Source: Acidobacteriota bacterium
GTDB lineage: Bacteria; Acidobacteriota; Thermoanaerobaculia; Multivoradales; J023
Direction: 5' to 3'
Assembly: GCA_038748685.1 (NCBI GenBank)
Contig: JBCDIS010000006.1
Span: 5,185 to 69,184, forward strand
DNA length: 64,000 nucleotides
How positions within the stretch are numbered: the first letter of the stretch is position 1; every line of letters starts with the position of its first letter. Position numbers and translations under genes: made by a program. The notes beneath the pieces were generated by a model, which did no database searches, was not told the origin of the DNA, and saw only the letters and a program-made list of their open reading frames with translations. Below are positions 12,521 to 22,633 of this stretch, piece by piece.

Positions 12521-12785
12521 GCTTGCTCTCCACGATGGAAACCAGGTCGGAGACGGTGTCGATACCGGCTTCGTCGTCTTCATCGAGGCAGATGCGAAAA
12601 CGGTCCTCCACCGCCATGGCGAGGGTCAAGAGGCGGATGGAATCCAGCTCGAGATCGCGAACCAGGTTCTGCTCCGGATGGAGGGGCCCGGAAAAACCGA
12701 GCTCGTCCCGCGCGATCTCGGCGAGTCCCTCCAGGATCGCGTCTCCTTCCCTCGGTCCAGGGTCGCTCGAGCCAGGGCCGGTCAA
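12504..12785 (-). CDS. Acyl carrier protein
   Basis: Acidic 93-aa protein with DLELDSI phosphopantetheine motif; start overlaps the MFS stop (TTGA). Confidence 0.88.
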   Translation of the reverse strand: MTGPGSSDPGPREGDAILEGLAEIARDELGFSGPLHPEQNLVRDLELDSIRLLTLAMAVEDRFRICLDEDDEAGIDTVSDLVSIVESKLAESG

Positions 12786-14134
12786 GGGGTTTCCACCAGA
12801 CCGCGATCCGCCAGCCGCGCCTGCCGCTGCCCCTCCTCCACATCCACCCGGGACAGCAGGAACCCGCCGACCACGAAGAAGACGATGACCGAGAGGATCG
12901 CCTCCCGTTCCGAACCGGTGAACTCGATCACCAAGCCGAAAAGGAGGGGCCCGAAGATTCCGGCCACCTTGGCGAAGATGGAAAAGAAGCCGAACATCTC
13001 CGACGCCTTGTGCTTAGGCACCATCGAAGCGAAGAGGGAGCGCGAAAGCCCCTGGGTGCCCCCCTGGACCATGGCGATGAGGCCGGCCACCACGTAGAAA
13101 TGCCCGATCACCTTCATGTTGTAGGCCACTACGCTGATGCCGATGTACACCGCGAGACCCAGAAGGATGGCGCGCTTGGTCCCCAACTTCGGGCCGAGGG
13201 CGCCGAAGAGGAAGGCGAAGGGGATGCCGACGAACTGAATGATCAGGATCGCCAGGATGATCGAGGTTTCGGGAAATCCCTTGGTGGCGGCATAGAGCCC
13301 CCCCATGCGGATGGTGGTGCCGACCCCTTCGTTGTAGATCATGTAGGCCACCAGCATCAGGAAGGCGTGCTTGTAGTTCCCCCGCAGCTCGCCCACCGTC
13401 TCACGCAGGCGACCGAAGGCGGCCCGGACGGCGTCGCTGGCCCCCGCGGCGTCGACGCCCGCCTCGTCGACCTCGACCTCCCTCGGCGGTTCTTCCACCC
13501 TCTTGAAGAGGGGAAGGGAAAAGATCGCCCACCACAGGCCGACCACCAGGAATCCCACGCGGGTGGCCACCCCGGCGTCGGCGAGGCCGAAGAGCTCCGG
13601 CTTCTGGATCGCCGCCAGGATCACCACCAGCAGCAGGCCGCTGCCCAGGTAGCCCACCGCGTAGCCGGCGGTGGAGACGCGGTCGATCTCCTTCTCGCTC
13701 GCCAGGTGGGGGAGCAGGGAGTCGTAGAAGACGAAGCTCAGGAAGAGCGCCGCGTTGCCGATGGCGAAGAGCACCAGGCCGGGGATCCAGCGCCCTGAGT
13801 GGATGAAGAATAGCCCCGCCGACGACGCTGACCCGAGGCCCACGAAGAGGGCCAGGAAGTGCTTTCGACGGCCCAAGAAATCGGCGACCGCGCCGAGCAC
13901 CGGCGAGCATAGGGACACGATGGCCAACGAGGCGGCGGTGGTGTAGCTCAGCCACTTGGTGATGGTGGCGTTGTCGACGCCGACTCCGGCAGCGACGTTC
14001 TTGACGTAGATCGGGAAGACGGCGGTGATCACCACGAGGACGAAGGCCGAGTTGGCCCAGTCATACAGGGCCCAAGCCCGCAGCTCAGGGCGGTGCAGCC
14101 CGAATCTTTCGAGCCAGGAGTTGGAATCGCTCAT
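12782..14134 (-). CDS. MFS transporter, UMF1/ATG22-like
   Basis: WALYDWANSAF, YDSLLP, GYAVGYLG, QGLSRS, FGFF motifs; ~12 hydrophobic segments. Confidence 0.88.
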   Translation of the reverse strand: MSDSNSWLERFGLHRPELRAWALYDWANSAFVLVVITAVFPIYVKNVAAGVGVDNATITKWLSYTTAASLAIVSLCSPVLGAVADFLGRRKHFLALFVGLGSASSAGLFFIHSGRWIPGLVLFAIGNAALFLSFVFYDSLLPHLASEKEIDRVSTAGYAVGYLGSGLLLVVILAAIQKPELFGLADAGVATRVGFLVVGLWWAIFSLPLFKRVEEPPREVEVDEAGVDAAGASDAVRAAFGRLRETVGELRGNYKHAFLMLVAYMIYNEGVGTTIRMGGLYAATKGFPETSIILAILIIQFVGIPFAFLFGALGPKLGTKRAILLGLAVYIGISVVAYNMKVIGHFYVVAGLIAMVQGGTQGLSRSLFASMVPKHKASEMFGFFSIFAKVAGIFGPLLFGLVIEFTGSEREAILSVIVFFVVGGFLLSRVDVEEGQRQARLADRGLVETP

Positions 14135-14311
14135 GGTCGCCTTTCCGGAAGAGATGACACGGAATCTGGAGCGTAGCAGGGGCCGGTCGATCCGCACCAG
14201 GGGAATTCGGAACCGCCAAACCACGGGCGACGGGCCCCCTTTCCTGCAACGACCCGAAGGACGGACCGCGCGAGCCGGTGTGCTCCGGATCGCCGGGCCC
14301 GGTCAGCGGGA

Positions 14312-16240
14312 TCAAGGCCTGCGGTCGCCGATCAGTCGGCCCAGGATCACCAGCAGCACCGCCGCGGCGAGGACCAGGACCAGAGGCAGGACCCAGCGTG
14401 GGCCTTCCAGTGGCCCTTCGTCCACGCTGGCCCGGTCTCCGAGGCTAGCGTGGACGGCGGGGCGGAGCGTGAGCATCGGAGCCAGGGAGCCGAGATCGTA
14501 CCGGGGGGCCCTAGAACCGTGGCCCACCACCAGATCCACAGGCTCCCCCGGCCAGACGAACAGGATCTCGTCACGCCGGAACGTGAGCTCCACCTCGAGA
14601 TCCTCCAGTGGAGGATTGTCGCCATCGGAGACGTCGATCTCGAGATCGCCGCCCTTCGGTCTGACGAGGCCGGTAGCCGTCGCGAAACCGAGCCTCAGCT
14701 CGCAGGGCAGGGGCCCTGGGCTCTGGCACGACCAGCGGCTGGGGCCCGCCCAACGGGGCCGAGGGTTATCGACCCCCGGGCGGGTGGCCGACTGGGGACC
14801 CTTGATCTCCACCTTGCGCTCGAAGGGGCCGCGGGCCCGCAGCCATACTTCCGTCACCGGCGGGCTCGGATCGAGGGGCACCCGGTAGAGGCTGTGCCCG
14901 GCGACCGACGACGCTTGGCGAACCGGTTCCACGTCCAGGGAACCGGGCTCCGGCAGCGTCCGCCGGACGAAGGGCACCTGCTTGGACGGCTCCGACGTCG
15001 CCAAGCGCAGCTTCCTGAGGTCGAACCCCGCCGCGATCCACACCTCCGGGGTCAACGGCATCCGAATCACGTCCCCCGGCTCCGCCTCTGCGATCACCGG
15101 CCACTTTCCATGGACCTCCATCTCCGGCAGGTCCACCAGGGGCGCGGTGGCCCGCTCCGGCCAGGGGGGCCAAGGGCCCGTCTCTTCCTCGCCCGCGGAG
15201 AGCCTCGCCACCTGGGCCGACGACGGTACGGCGAGAAACGGCCGCTGTTTCGAGACCACAGCGGACGAATGGCCATAGACGAGCCTGTGGGTTCCAGGAG
15301 TCCGGGCTTCGAAGGCCAGGTTCCTCGGCTCGAGACGGGCCACGGCCCTGCGCAGCTGCGGTGATTCCCCGCCGCCGGACCGTAGGTCGACCCTCAACTC
15401 GCGGGCCCCCGCCCCAGCAACGGTGAGGGGAAGATGCAGCGTATCGGCCTCCGACAGGGTCCCCTCCGACAGGGTCGACCAGCGCTCCTCGGCTCCCATC
15501 CGAACCCGATAGCCCAGGCCCGTGACCGGAGACTCGAGCTCGAGGTCCAGGCGCTGGAGACCCAGGGACAGGCCGGGCAGAGACACCCGGCAGCGCACCG
15601 CGGACCCCCTGGATCCAGCGTTCCCGGACCGAAGGTCCATGCAGCTCACCGGCGCGTCGAGGGTCCGACCCTCCCCCGCGAAGACCTCCACCTCCACGCG
15701 GCGCAGCACCGGCAGCGCAGACGTGGACCAGAGGAGGCGTAGTCGACGGGCGTCGGTGGGGGCGTAATCGAGGACGAGTCCCACGAGGCCGTCGTCCTCC
15801 CCCAAGCGGAAGAGGTTCCCTTCGGTCAAGGTCCGCCATCCTTCAACCGTCTGGACCTCCAGGCGGCATCCCTCGGCCACCGTATCCCGGTCCACCTCGA
15901 AGTGCAGACGTGAATGACGGGGGGGTGACGACCCGAGGTCGAGGGTCAGGGCCCAGGAGTCGTCCTGTTTCCGGACGTCCTCCACCGTCACCGGCCGACG
16001 CGTTTCGGGTGGCGTCCACCAGCCGAAGGGCAGGGATTCCCCGTTCGGGGAACGCAGCTCCAGGTCGACGGCGGAATGGCGAAGCACTCGGTCGTCCACC
16101 GCCACCGCCACCCACCCCGGGGTCGCCACCTCCACCGACCGCCGGTACCGGGGCTCCCCCTCGGCCACGACGGGGGAGGATACCGAGACGGGGATAACGA
16201 AGATCAGGGCCAGGAGGATCCAACGAACGGAGCGGGTCAT
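14312..16240 (-). CDS. Exported, C-terminally membrane-anchored protein (DUF3999-like)
   Basis: N-terminal signal peptide, internally repeated beta-rich modules (DLxL...PF; LxYG/VG...APRYDL), C-terminal TM plus basic tail; ATGA overlap with the upstream gene. Confidence 0.6.
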   Translation of the reverse strand: MTRSVRWILLALIFVIPVSVSSPVVAEGEPRYRRSVEVATPGWVAVAVDDRVLRHSAVDLELRSPNGESLPFGWWTPPETRRPVTVEDVRKQDDSWALTLDLGSSPPRHSRLHFEVDRDTVAEGCRLEVQTVEGWRTLTEGNLFRLGEDDGLVGLVLDYAPTDARRLRLLWSTSALPVLRRVEVEVFAGEGRTLDAPVSCMDLRSGNAGSRGSAVRCRVSLPGLSLGLQRLDLELESPVTGLGYRVRMGAEERWSTLSEGTLSEADTLHLPLTVAGAGARELRVDLRSGGGESPQLRRAVARLEPRNLAFEARTPGTHRLVYGHSSAVVSKQRPFLAVPSSAQVARLSAGEEETGPWPPWPERATAPLVDLPEMEVHGKWPVIAEAEPGDVIRMPLTPEVWIAAGFDLRKLRLATSEPSKQVPFVRRTLPEPGSLDVEPVRQASSVAGHSLYRVPLDPSPPVTEVWLRARGPFERKVEIKGPQSATRPGVDNPRPRWAGPSRWSCQSPGPLPCELRLGFATATGLVRPKGGDLEIDVSDGDNPPLEDLEVELTFRRDEILFVWPGEPVDLVVGHGSRAPRYDLGSLAPMLTLRPAVHASLGDRASVDEGPLEGPRWVLPLVLVLAAAVLLVILGRLIGDRRP

Positions 16241-19152
16241 CGGTCGATCTCCGTGGGGTCCGCCGCGGGTCCGCGGAAGACAAACCGCTGATAGAGGAAT
16301 GCGATCAGGAAAAGGCTGACCCCGAGGCCGAAGAGGGACGCGACCCGATAGAGGCCGTCCAGGTGGCCCGTGTCCACCAAAAAGACCTTCCCCACCGCCG
16401 GCAGCAGCACCGCCAGGGAACCCCAGCGCAGCAAGCCCCGCCGACGTAGGACACCCCCCACCGCCAGCAGAATGCCCAGCAGGATCCAGGTGATGGAGTA
16501 GGCGTAGCTCTCGGCGTTCGAGACCTGTCCCTGGTGGAGGAAGGTGCCCTGGAAGGTCCGACGCACTTCGAACGTGACCCAGGCGAAGGTGGCCACCAGG
16601 GCCGACACTTCGCTCACCGCGGCGAGGACGTCGTCCCCCCGCCGCCTCAGGAGCTTCGCCGACAGGACGAGGAGCGCCGCCGGCAAGCCGTAGACGAAGA
16701 GCAGTCGGTTGAGCAGGAACGTCTCACCCACCGCCTGCTCGCTCCACAGCGGGTTGAGGGCCAGGAGGGGCATCAGCCCGAGGGCCCCCACCACCCCGAC
16801 CAGCAGGCACCGCGGACCCCAGACGAGGGCCGGCGAAGGCCACCGCCGGGACGCCTCCAGTCCAACGGCCAGGAGCAGCAGCCAGCCCACGAGGTAGGCC
16901 CCCCATTCCGTCAGCGTCGTCTTAGGCGTGTCGAGCTGGCCGGGGAAGAAGTAGTTGCGGATCAGGAGCCCCAGTCCCACCACCGCCAGGCCTTGGACCC
17001 AGAGCTGGAGCCAGCCCGAGAGCTGACCCGGCGTGATCCAGCCGGCGGACCACCCTTCCTCGGTCGCCCCTGCAGCGGCATCGGGCCCGTCGAGGTTCCG
17101 CTGCCGCTCCAGGAGCACGATGGCCGCCAGGAAGGCCAGGAACGGCAGTCCATACCCGTAGGCGAGCCAGTTGAAGACGATCCCTTCGCCGATGGGGTAG
17201 GTGAACACCGCCGGGTTCAGCACCAGGCGGATGCCCACCACCGTCGACGCGATCCAGGCGCAGGTCACCAGGGCCCCGAGCCGCAGGCGCCCGGCGAGCC
17301 AGACCAGCACCACCGCCTCCAGGGCCCAAGCCACCGTCAACCAGGCCCGCTCCAGCTCCATGGGGGCCGCCAAGGCCGCCAGGGCCGTCGCCCCCACCGC
17401 CAGGGCCGCCAGGGGCCGGACCGCAGCCTCATCCTGATGACGGAGGCGGGCCACGGGGATCGCTAGCACCGTCCACACCACCGCGAGGGCCAGGGCGATG
17501 GACCCCCAGGGGGCCCCTTCGAGGCCGAGGGTTTCCTCCGCCAGCCAGGGCACCAAGAGGTAAATCACCGCGGCCGCCGAAGCCAACGAGCCCCAGCGTC
17601 CGCCGTAGCGGCTGCCACGGTGGGCCAGGTAGCCCGCGGCGCTGAACAGCGCACCCATGGCGACGTGGATCCACAGGTAGCGCGCGGTGGCGCCGGCGGG
17701 GAGGTCCCCGAGCCAAAGCCCAAGGGTGAACGTCACCAGCCCGAAGGCCACCCAGGACAGGGGGTGGTAGCGCTCCTCCAGGCGGGCCAGCACCAGACTC
17801 CCCGCGGCCATCAAACCGAAGAAGATCCAGGTCGTGGTTCCAAAGGCCCCCGCCCGTACCAGGGCCACCGAAACCAGCAGCGTGCCGGCGGTGGCGGCGA
17901 CCGCGATGGAAGTGGACGATCGGGAATTCCCCCAGCCTCCATCCTTGCCGCCGGACAGGGCGGAAACCACGAACGTGGCGGACGACGCCACGAGGAACAA
18001 ACCCAGCCACAACGCATCCCCGGAGTTGACGGAGGTGCCCAGGAAGGAGATGACCCAGAGGAGCCCGGCCGCCGCCGACAGCCCTCCGAGGGATCCCCAA
18101 TGGCGGCGGCGGGTGACCGCCACCAGGCCCACCTGGAGCAGCAGGAGGTAGGTGAAGAGAATCGCCGGGCTGTTGGTTCCCGGGGACACGAGGGCGGGGG
18201 TCAGAAAGCCCCCCACCAAGCCCACCACCGCGATGATGTAACCCTGCCGGAGCGCCAGCCCCACCGCCGTGGCGGTGGTGAGCGCCATGAGCCCGAAACC
18301 CAGCCACGCGGGAATCAGCCCGTAGAGGTCGACGGCGGCGAATATCGATACGTAGAGACTGGCGAGGCCCGCCGCCGAAAGGCCCCGGGCGACATACTCA
18401 CTCGATCGGCGCAGGCCCTCGCCGGCCCCCAGCAGCCCTATGCCGAGCAGCGTGCCGAGGGCGACCCGAATCTGTGGCCCGATCCAACCCCGCTCGAACG
18501 AGATCTTCACCAAGAACGCCGCCGCCAGGGCGAAGGCCGCGGCACCGAGCCACACTGGAAGCCGGGTCCAGATCTTCTCCTCCCAGCCCACCCGCCGGGG
18601 CTCAGGCGCCGGCCTCTCGACCTTGGGGGGAGCGATCGAAGGGGGTGCGATCGAAGGGGGTGCGAGGTCCGGCTGCTCGCTCGGGGGGGCCTCGACCGGG
18701 GGAGCCGCCGCAGGCAGAAGCTCTGGGGACGGGGTCTCGGCTTCCGGGATGGGCCCCTCGGCCTCTCCGGGGGTGGGTTTCCGTTTCCCACTCGCCCCAA
18801 GGGGCAACGGCGGCGGCTCGACGACCTCGGCGGGGGGACCCGCGGGTCGTGGGTCGACGGCCGGAGACGCCACCGTCTTGGGAGCTTCGGCCAGTGGGGG
18901 ACCTTCGACCGGGGGAGGAGCTTCGGCCGCTGGGACGCCCTCAACGGCCGCCGCCTCCGGGGCCGAGGATTCCAGGAGGGAGCGCTCCAGGGCCCCCAGA
19001 CGCCGGTCGATCTGCTCCAACCAGCTCTGGGTATCGCTCATCCACCGGCCGGCGTCGCGGGTTCGGACATGGAGTCGGTAGAGGATCCAGCACAGGAGTA
19101 CCGGAAGCACCAACATCAGCGAGCAGCCGAAGAAAACCCAAACTTCTTCCAC
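16237..19152 (-). CDS. Large polytopic membrane protein (DUF2339-like)
   Basis: N-terminal TM, coiled coil, Pro-rich linker, WEEK..W..GWIGPQIRV, GLVGGFLTP, C-terminal YSITW and KVFLVD; GTG start inferred from AAAGGTGG. Confidence 0.78.
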   Translation of the reverse strand: MEEVWVFFGCSLMLVLPVLLCWILYRLHVRTRDAGRWMSDTQSWLEQIDRRLGALERSLLESSAPEAAAVEGVPAAEAPPPVEGPPLAEAPKTVASPAVDPRPAGPPAEVVEPPPLPLGASGKRKPTPGEAEGPIPEAETPSPELLPAAAPPVEAPPSEQPDLAPPSIAPPSIAPPKVERPAPEPRRVGWEEKIWTRLPVWLGAAAFALAAAFLVKISFERGWIGPQIRVALGTLLGIGLLGAGEGLRRSSEYVARGLSAAGLASLYVSIFAAVDLYGLIPAWLGFGLMALTTATAVGLALRQGYIIAVVGLVGGFLTPALVSPGTNSPAILFTYLLLLQVGLVAVTRRRHWGSLGGLSAAAGLLWVISFLGTSVNSGDALWLGLFLVASSATFVVSALSGGKDGGWGNSRSSTSIAVAATAGTLLVSVALVRAGAFGTTTWIFFGLMAAGSLVLARLEERYHPLSWVAFGLVTFTLGLWLGDLPAGATARYLWIHVAMGALFSAAGYLAHRGSRYGGRWGSLASAAAVIYLLVPWLAEETLGLEGAPWGSIALALAVVWTVLAIPVARLRHQDEAAVRPLAALAVGATALAALAAPMELERAWLTVAWALEAVVLVWLAGRLRLGALVTCAWIASTVVGIRLVLNPAVFTYPIGEGIVFNWLAYGYGLPFLAFLAAIVLLERQRNLDGPDAAAGATEEGWSAGWITPGQLSGWLQLWVQGLAVVGLGLLIRNYFFPGQLDTPKTTLTEWGAYLVGWLLLLAVGLEASRRWPSPALVWGPRCLLVGVVGALGLMPLLALNPLWSEQAVGETFLLNRLLFVYGLPAALLVLSAKLLRRRGDDVLAAVSEVSALVATFAWVTFEVRRTFQGTFLHQGQVSNAESYAYSITWILLGILLAVGGVLRRRGLLRWGSLAVLLPAVGKVFLVDTGHLDGLYRVASLFGLGVSLFLIAFLYQRFVFRGPAADPTEIDR
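18632..18665. repeat. 15-bp tandem repeat encoding APPSI units in the DUF2339 linker
   Basis: GCGATCGAAGGGGGT x2 plus partial GCGA. Confidence 0.85.
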
Positions 19153-19330
19153 GGAAACCACCTTTCTGAGGCCGATCGGGCCGATCATAGCCCGAGGGAA
19201 CCCTGGAAGCAGGAGCAGGATCCGGGCCAACCCGTGGCCCGCGGCTTCAAGGGGACTTCGGCCCTAGAGCGCTGTGAATTTGTACAAACGGTGTACAGCC
19301 AAGGACACCGAGAGTCCGCGCGAGCCCGAA

Positions 19331-20284
19331 TCAATCGATCCCGCGGGCTCCGGCGGTCCCCACCGCCGACACCAGGCGGTCAGCGTCGATGTCCGAGTCC
19401 GCCAACGCCGCGACCATGGCGTCGGCAACCCCTTCGGCTTCCCCCCGGGTTCCCGCCAGGGCGAAGATGGAGGGTCCGGAGCCGGATAGGCTACAGCCGA
19501 GGGCGCCGTGACGAAGGGCCGCGGCCTTCGCCCCGGCGAAGCCCGGCACCAGCGGCGCCCGCACCGGCTCCGCCACGTGGTCCACTAGGGAGCGGGACAG
19601 CAGCTCTAGGTCACCGCGGAAGAGCGCCGCCACCAGGGCACCGACGTTGCCCCACTGCCGGGACGCGGCGGCGAGGGGAATCGAGTCGCCGAGCACATCG
19701 CGGGCGTCACGGGTCCTGATCTCTACATGGGGACGCACCACGGCGCAGGAGAGGCCTTCGGGAACCGGCAGCTCCACGACGTCCGGTGTATCCCCCCCCC
19801 GAATCAGCACGAAGCCGCCGTAGACGCAGGGGGCGGCGTTGTCGGGATGGGCGCTGCCGCAGGCCACCCGCTCCCCTTCGAGGACGCAGCCCAGCATCTG
19901 CCGGCGGCTCGGCTCGACGCCGACGAGGTCCGCCACCGCCCGCACCGCGGCGACGGCGCTGGCCGCCGAGGAGCCGAGGCCGCTCGACAGGGGCATCTGT
20001 TTCTCGACCGTCAGACCGATCCCCCGGCCGGCCGCCCCTTCGGCCACGGAGGGATCGGCGAGCAGGGCCCTCGCCGCGACGCCGGCGGTGTTACGGTCCG
20101 GCGCCAGCGGCAGACGCCCACCGTCCCCCGAGATTCCTTCGATGACGACCCCGGGGCGATCCAGCCAGCGGGCGGTCACCCGGTCACCCGGACCGTCGAC
20201 GGCGAAGCCCAGGATGTCGAAGCCGCAGGCGATGTTGGACACGGTGGCGGGGGCGAATGCCCGCGCGAGCTCGCTGGAAGACAT
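19331..20284 (-). CDS. thrB: Homoserine kinase
   Basis: APATVSNIACGFD, GHMP motif PLSSGLGSSAAS, HPDNAAP, SGSGPS. Confidence 0.93.
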   Translation of the reverse strand: MSSSELARAFAPATVSNIACGFDILGFAVDGPGDRVTARWLDRPGVVIEGISGDGGRLPLAPDRNTAGVAARALLADPSVAEGAAGRGIGLTVEKQMPLSSGLGSSAASAVAAVRAVADLVGVEPSRRQMLGCVLEGERVACGSAHPDNAAPCVYGGFVLIRGGDTPDVVELPVPEGLSCAVVRPHVEIRTRDARDVLGDSIPLAAASRQWGNVGALVAALFRGDLELLSRSLVDHVAEPVRAPLVPGFAGAKAAALRHGALGCSLSGSGPSIFALAGTRGEAEGVADAMVAALADSDIDADRLVSAVGTAGARGID

Positions 20285-20296
20285 CGGGACCTCGGC

Positions 20297-20779
20297 TCAG
20301 CTGATCATGTAGGTGCCGGTACCGGTGGCCACCAGCTCGTCCCGCGCATCGTGCAACTCCATACGGGTCACCGCCACGCGGCTGCCGGTGCGAAGGATCT
20401 GGCCCGTCGCGCGGAAGCCCTTACCCCGGGCGACCTGGAGGTAATCGACCCGCAGGTCGATCGTGCCGATTCGGGTGAGGATCGCCAGGCGGTCCTCTTC
20501 CGGAAGATTCTGCACCCGCTCCAGAGCGTTGATGTACGCCACCAGGCCGCCGGTGGTGTCGAGGACTGCCGAGATCACGCCCCCGTGCAGGATTCCGCGG
20601 GCGAAATTGCCGATGTGCTCCGGCCTCGTTTCGAAGCTGAGCACGGAGCGTTCGAGGGCCAGGCTATCGACCTTCAATCCGAGCACGCGGTTGAAGGGGA
20701 TGTCCTGCTCGAAGGCCTTGTGGACCGCGGCGACGATTTTCGGGGTGAGCAGCTCGTCGTCTCGGGAAGGGGAATCCAT
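20297..20779 (-). CDS. PaaI/YigI-like hotdog-fold thioesterase
   Basis: IPFNRVLG, GN...GILHGGVISAVLD, TIDLRVDYL; start at MDSPSR inferred. Confidence 0.85.
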   Translation of the reverse strand: MDSPSRDDELLTPKIVAAVHKAFEQDIPFNRVLGLKVDSLALERSVLSFETRPEHIGNFARGILHGGVISAVLDTTGGLVAYINALERVQNLPEEDRLAILTRIGTIDLRVDYLQVARGKGFRATGQILRTGSRVAVTRMELHDARDELVATGTGTYMIS

Positions 20780-21044
20780 CGGGTCGTGTCTCTCGGGGCG
20801 TTCCTGGGGGCCGGCGTGGTTGGGACGGAGGGGGCGGGAAGGGGCAAAACGGGATAAGGTAGGCCTCCGGACGGCCGGTTCCCTCCTCCCCTGCGGCGCG
20901 CCCACTATAAACCAGATCCCCTTCGGCGGACCGGTTCGGCCGCCCCGCCGGGCCTTCCCATACCCGGGGCCTACCCCCCTACGGGGCTCCTTCCGGAGCG
21001 GCGAGACGCACCGCCCGGGTCTTCACGAATCCTTCGAGACCGCC

Positions 21045-22622
21045 ATGCGACGAGGTAAGACCAAGAAACGTCAGGAGCACGACTGGGGCCCCTACCGCTC
21101 CGACGAGCGCACCGTCCGCCCGTTTTCCCCCCATGCAGCCCACTCCCTGGCGTTGACCTACGCCAACACCTACGAGGTGGGAATGTCGAGCCTTGGATTC
21201 CAGCGGGTCTACGAGCTGATCCACGACACCCCCGGCTGGGCCTGCGAGCGCTTTTTCGTCAACGGTACCGGCATGCCCCGCTCGCTGGAGACGAACCGTC
21301 CCTTGGACGACTTCGGTTGCCTCGCGTTTTCGGTCTCCTTCGAAGAGGACTACCTAAACCTCCTGCGGATGCTGGACCGGGCCCGCATTCCCCTAAGGCG
21401 GGAAGACCGCAACGAGTGGCACCCCCTGGTGGTGCTGGGGGGATCCTGCGCGTCGATCAACCCCCTGCCGATGTCGGCCTTCATCGACGTCTTCGCCCTC
21501 GGCGCGGCGGAGAATCTCCTGCCGTCTTTGCTCGCCGAGCTGACCGCCACCGGCGACCGGGACGACCTGCTCGACAGGCTCGCCGAGCTGCCGGGCTACT
21601 ACGTGCCGTCACGGCATGACCCCGAGGGGGACGGCGATCTACCGAAGCTCCGCAAGCTGGAGCTCTCGGGGGAGCAGATGGCCACCCCCGGCAACCTGCC
21701 CACCAGCTGCATCATCACGCCGCGGACCGAGCTGTCGGAGAAGTTCCTGATCGAGATGTCCCGCGGCTGCCCGGAGAAGTGCCGCTACTGCTGGGCGACC
21801 TTCGGTATGGGCAAGTTCCGCTGGCATCCGACCGACTACATCCTCGAATCCTTGGAGCGGGCGCGGCCGGTGACCGACCAGATCGGCTTCCTCGCCACCG
21901 CCGTGGGTGACCATCCGGAGATCGGGCGGATCTTGAACGAAGCCCAGGACCTCGGGTTCCGTTCCTCTATCTCCTCGATCCGAATTCCCGCGGTGAAGGA
22001 CGAGGTGCTAGCCCCCCTTTTCGCCTCGGGGGCGCGCTCGATCACCCTCGCCCCCGAGACCGGCAGTGACCGCATGCGGGCGCTGATGAACAAGCCGATC
22101 ACCAACGAGCAGCTTCTAGAGCGGGTGCGGCTGATCTTCCAACACGGCTTCACCCAGCTGAAGCTCTACTTCATCATCGGTCTCCCCGGCGAGACCATGG
22201 AGGACGTCCATGCCATCCTCGAGTTGGGGGCCGCCTGCCGCGACCTGATGCTGGAGCGGGCGTCGATCACCGGGGTGGTGGGCAACGTCCACCTCGGCTG
22301 CAACATCCTGATCCCCAAGCCCTACACCCCTTGGCAGCGGGAGTCCATGGACGACGAGAAGAACCTGAAGCGGAAGATCTCGGTGCTCAAGAAGGGTGTC
22401 GCCAAGATGGCGAACACGAGCATGAGCATGATGTCGCCGCGGCAGGCGATCTGGCAGACCTACATCTCCCGGGCCGGCAGCGACGCCGCCGAAGCCCTGG
22501 AGCGAGCCGCCCGGGGTCAGCCCATCGCCTCGATCCTTCGGGAGTTCGCGGGTGAGGTCCACCCGGAGGTCTTCCAGCAGTTTCCCCGGAGCCTACGCTG
22601 GCACTTCATGCGCATGGGGTAG
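21045..22622 (+). CDS. Radical SAM protein (TIGR03960-like)
   Basis: YANTYEVGMSSLG N-terminal motif, RGCPEKCRYC (CxxxCxxC), TLAPETGS, YFIIGLPGET, PKPYTP. Confidence 0.85.
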   Translation: MRRGKTKKRQEHDWGPYRSDERTVRPFSPHAAHSLALTYANTYEVGMSSLGFQRVYELIHDTPGWACERFFVNGTGMPRSLETNRPLDDFGCLAFSVSFEEDYLNLLRMLDRARIPLRREDRNEWHPLVVLGGSCASINPLPMSAFIDVFALGAAENLLPSLLAELTATGDRDDLLDRLAELPGYYVPSRHDPEGDGDLPKLRKLELSGEQMATPGNLPTSCIITPRTELSEKFLIEMSRGCPEKCRYCWATFGMGKFRWHPTDYILESLERARPVTDQIGFLATAVGDHPEIGRILNEAQDLGFRSSISSIRIPAVKDEVLAPLFASGARSITLAPETGSDRMRALMNKPITNEQLLERVRLIFQHGFTQLKLYFIIGLPGETMEDVHAILELGAACRDLMLERASITGVVGNVHLGCNILIPKPYTPWQRESMDDEKNLKRKISVLKKGVAKMANTSMSMMSPRQAIWQTYISRAGSDAAEALERAARGQPIASILREFAGEVHPEVFQQFPRSLRWHFMRMG

Positions 22623-22633
22623 GGGCGGGCAGC

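Noticed and set aside
12470-12583. Frameshift at the FAAL start (the ATG overlapping the ACP stop is out of frame)
   Set aside because: An in-frame TTG at 12520 with GGAGAG upstream gives a normal start, so no frameshift is needed
20780-21044. Riboswitch or ncRNA in the thioesterase/radical SAM divergent spacer
   Set aside because: Only short GC hairpins expected by chance; no recognisable cobalamin or SAM aptamer motifs
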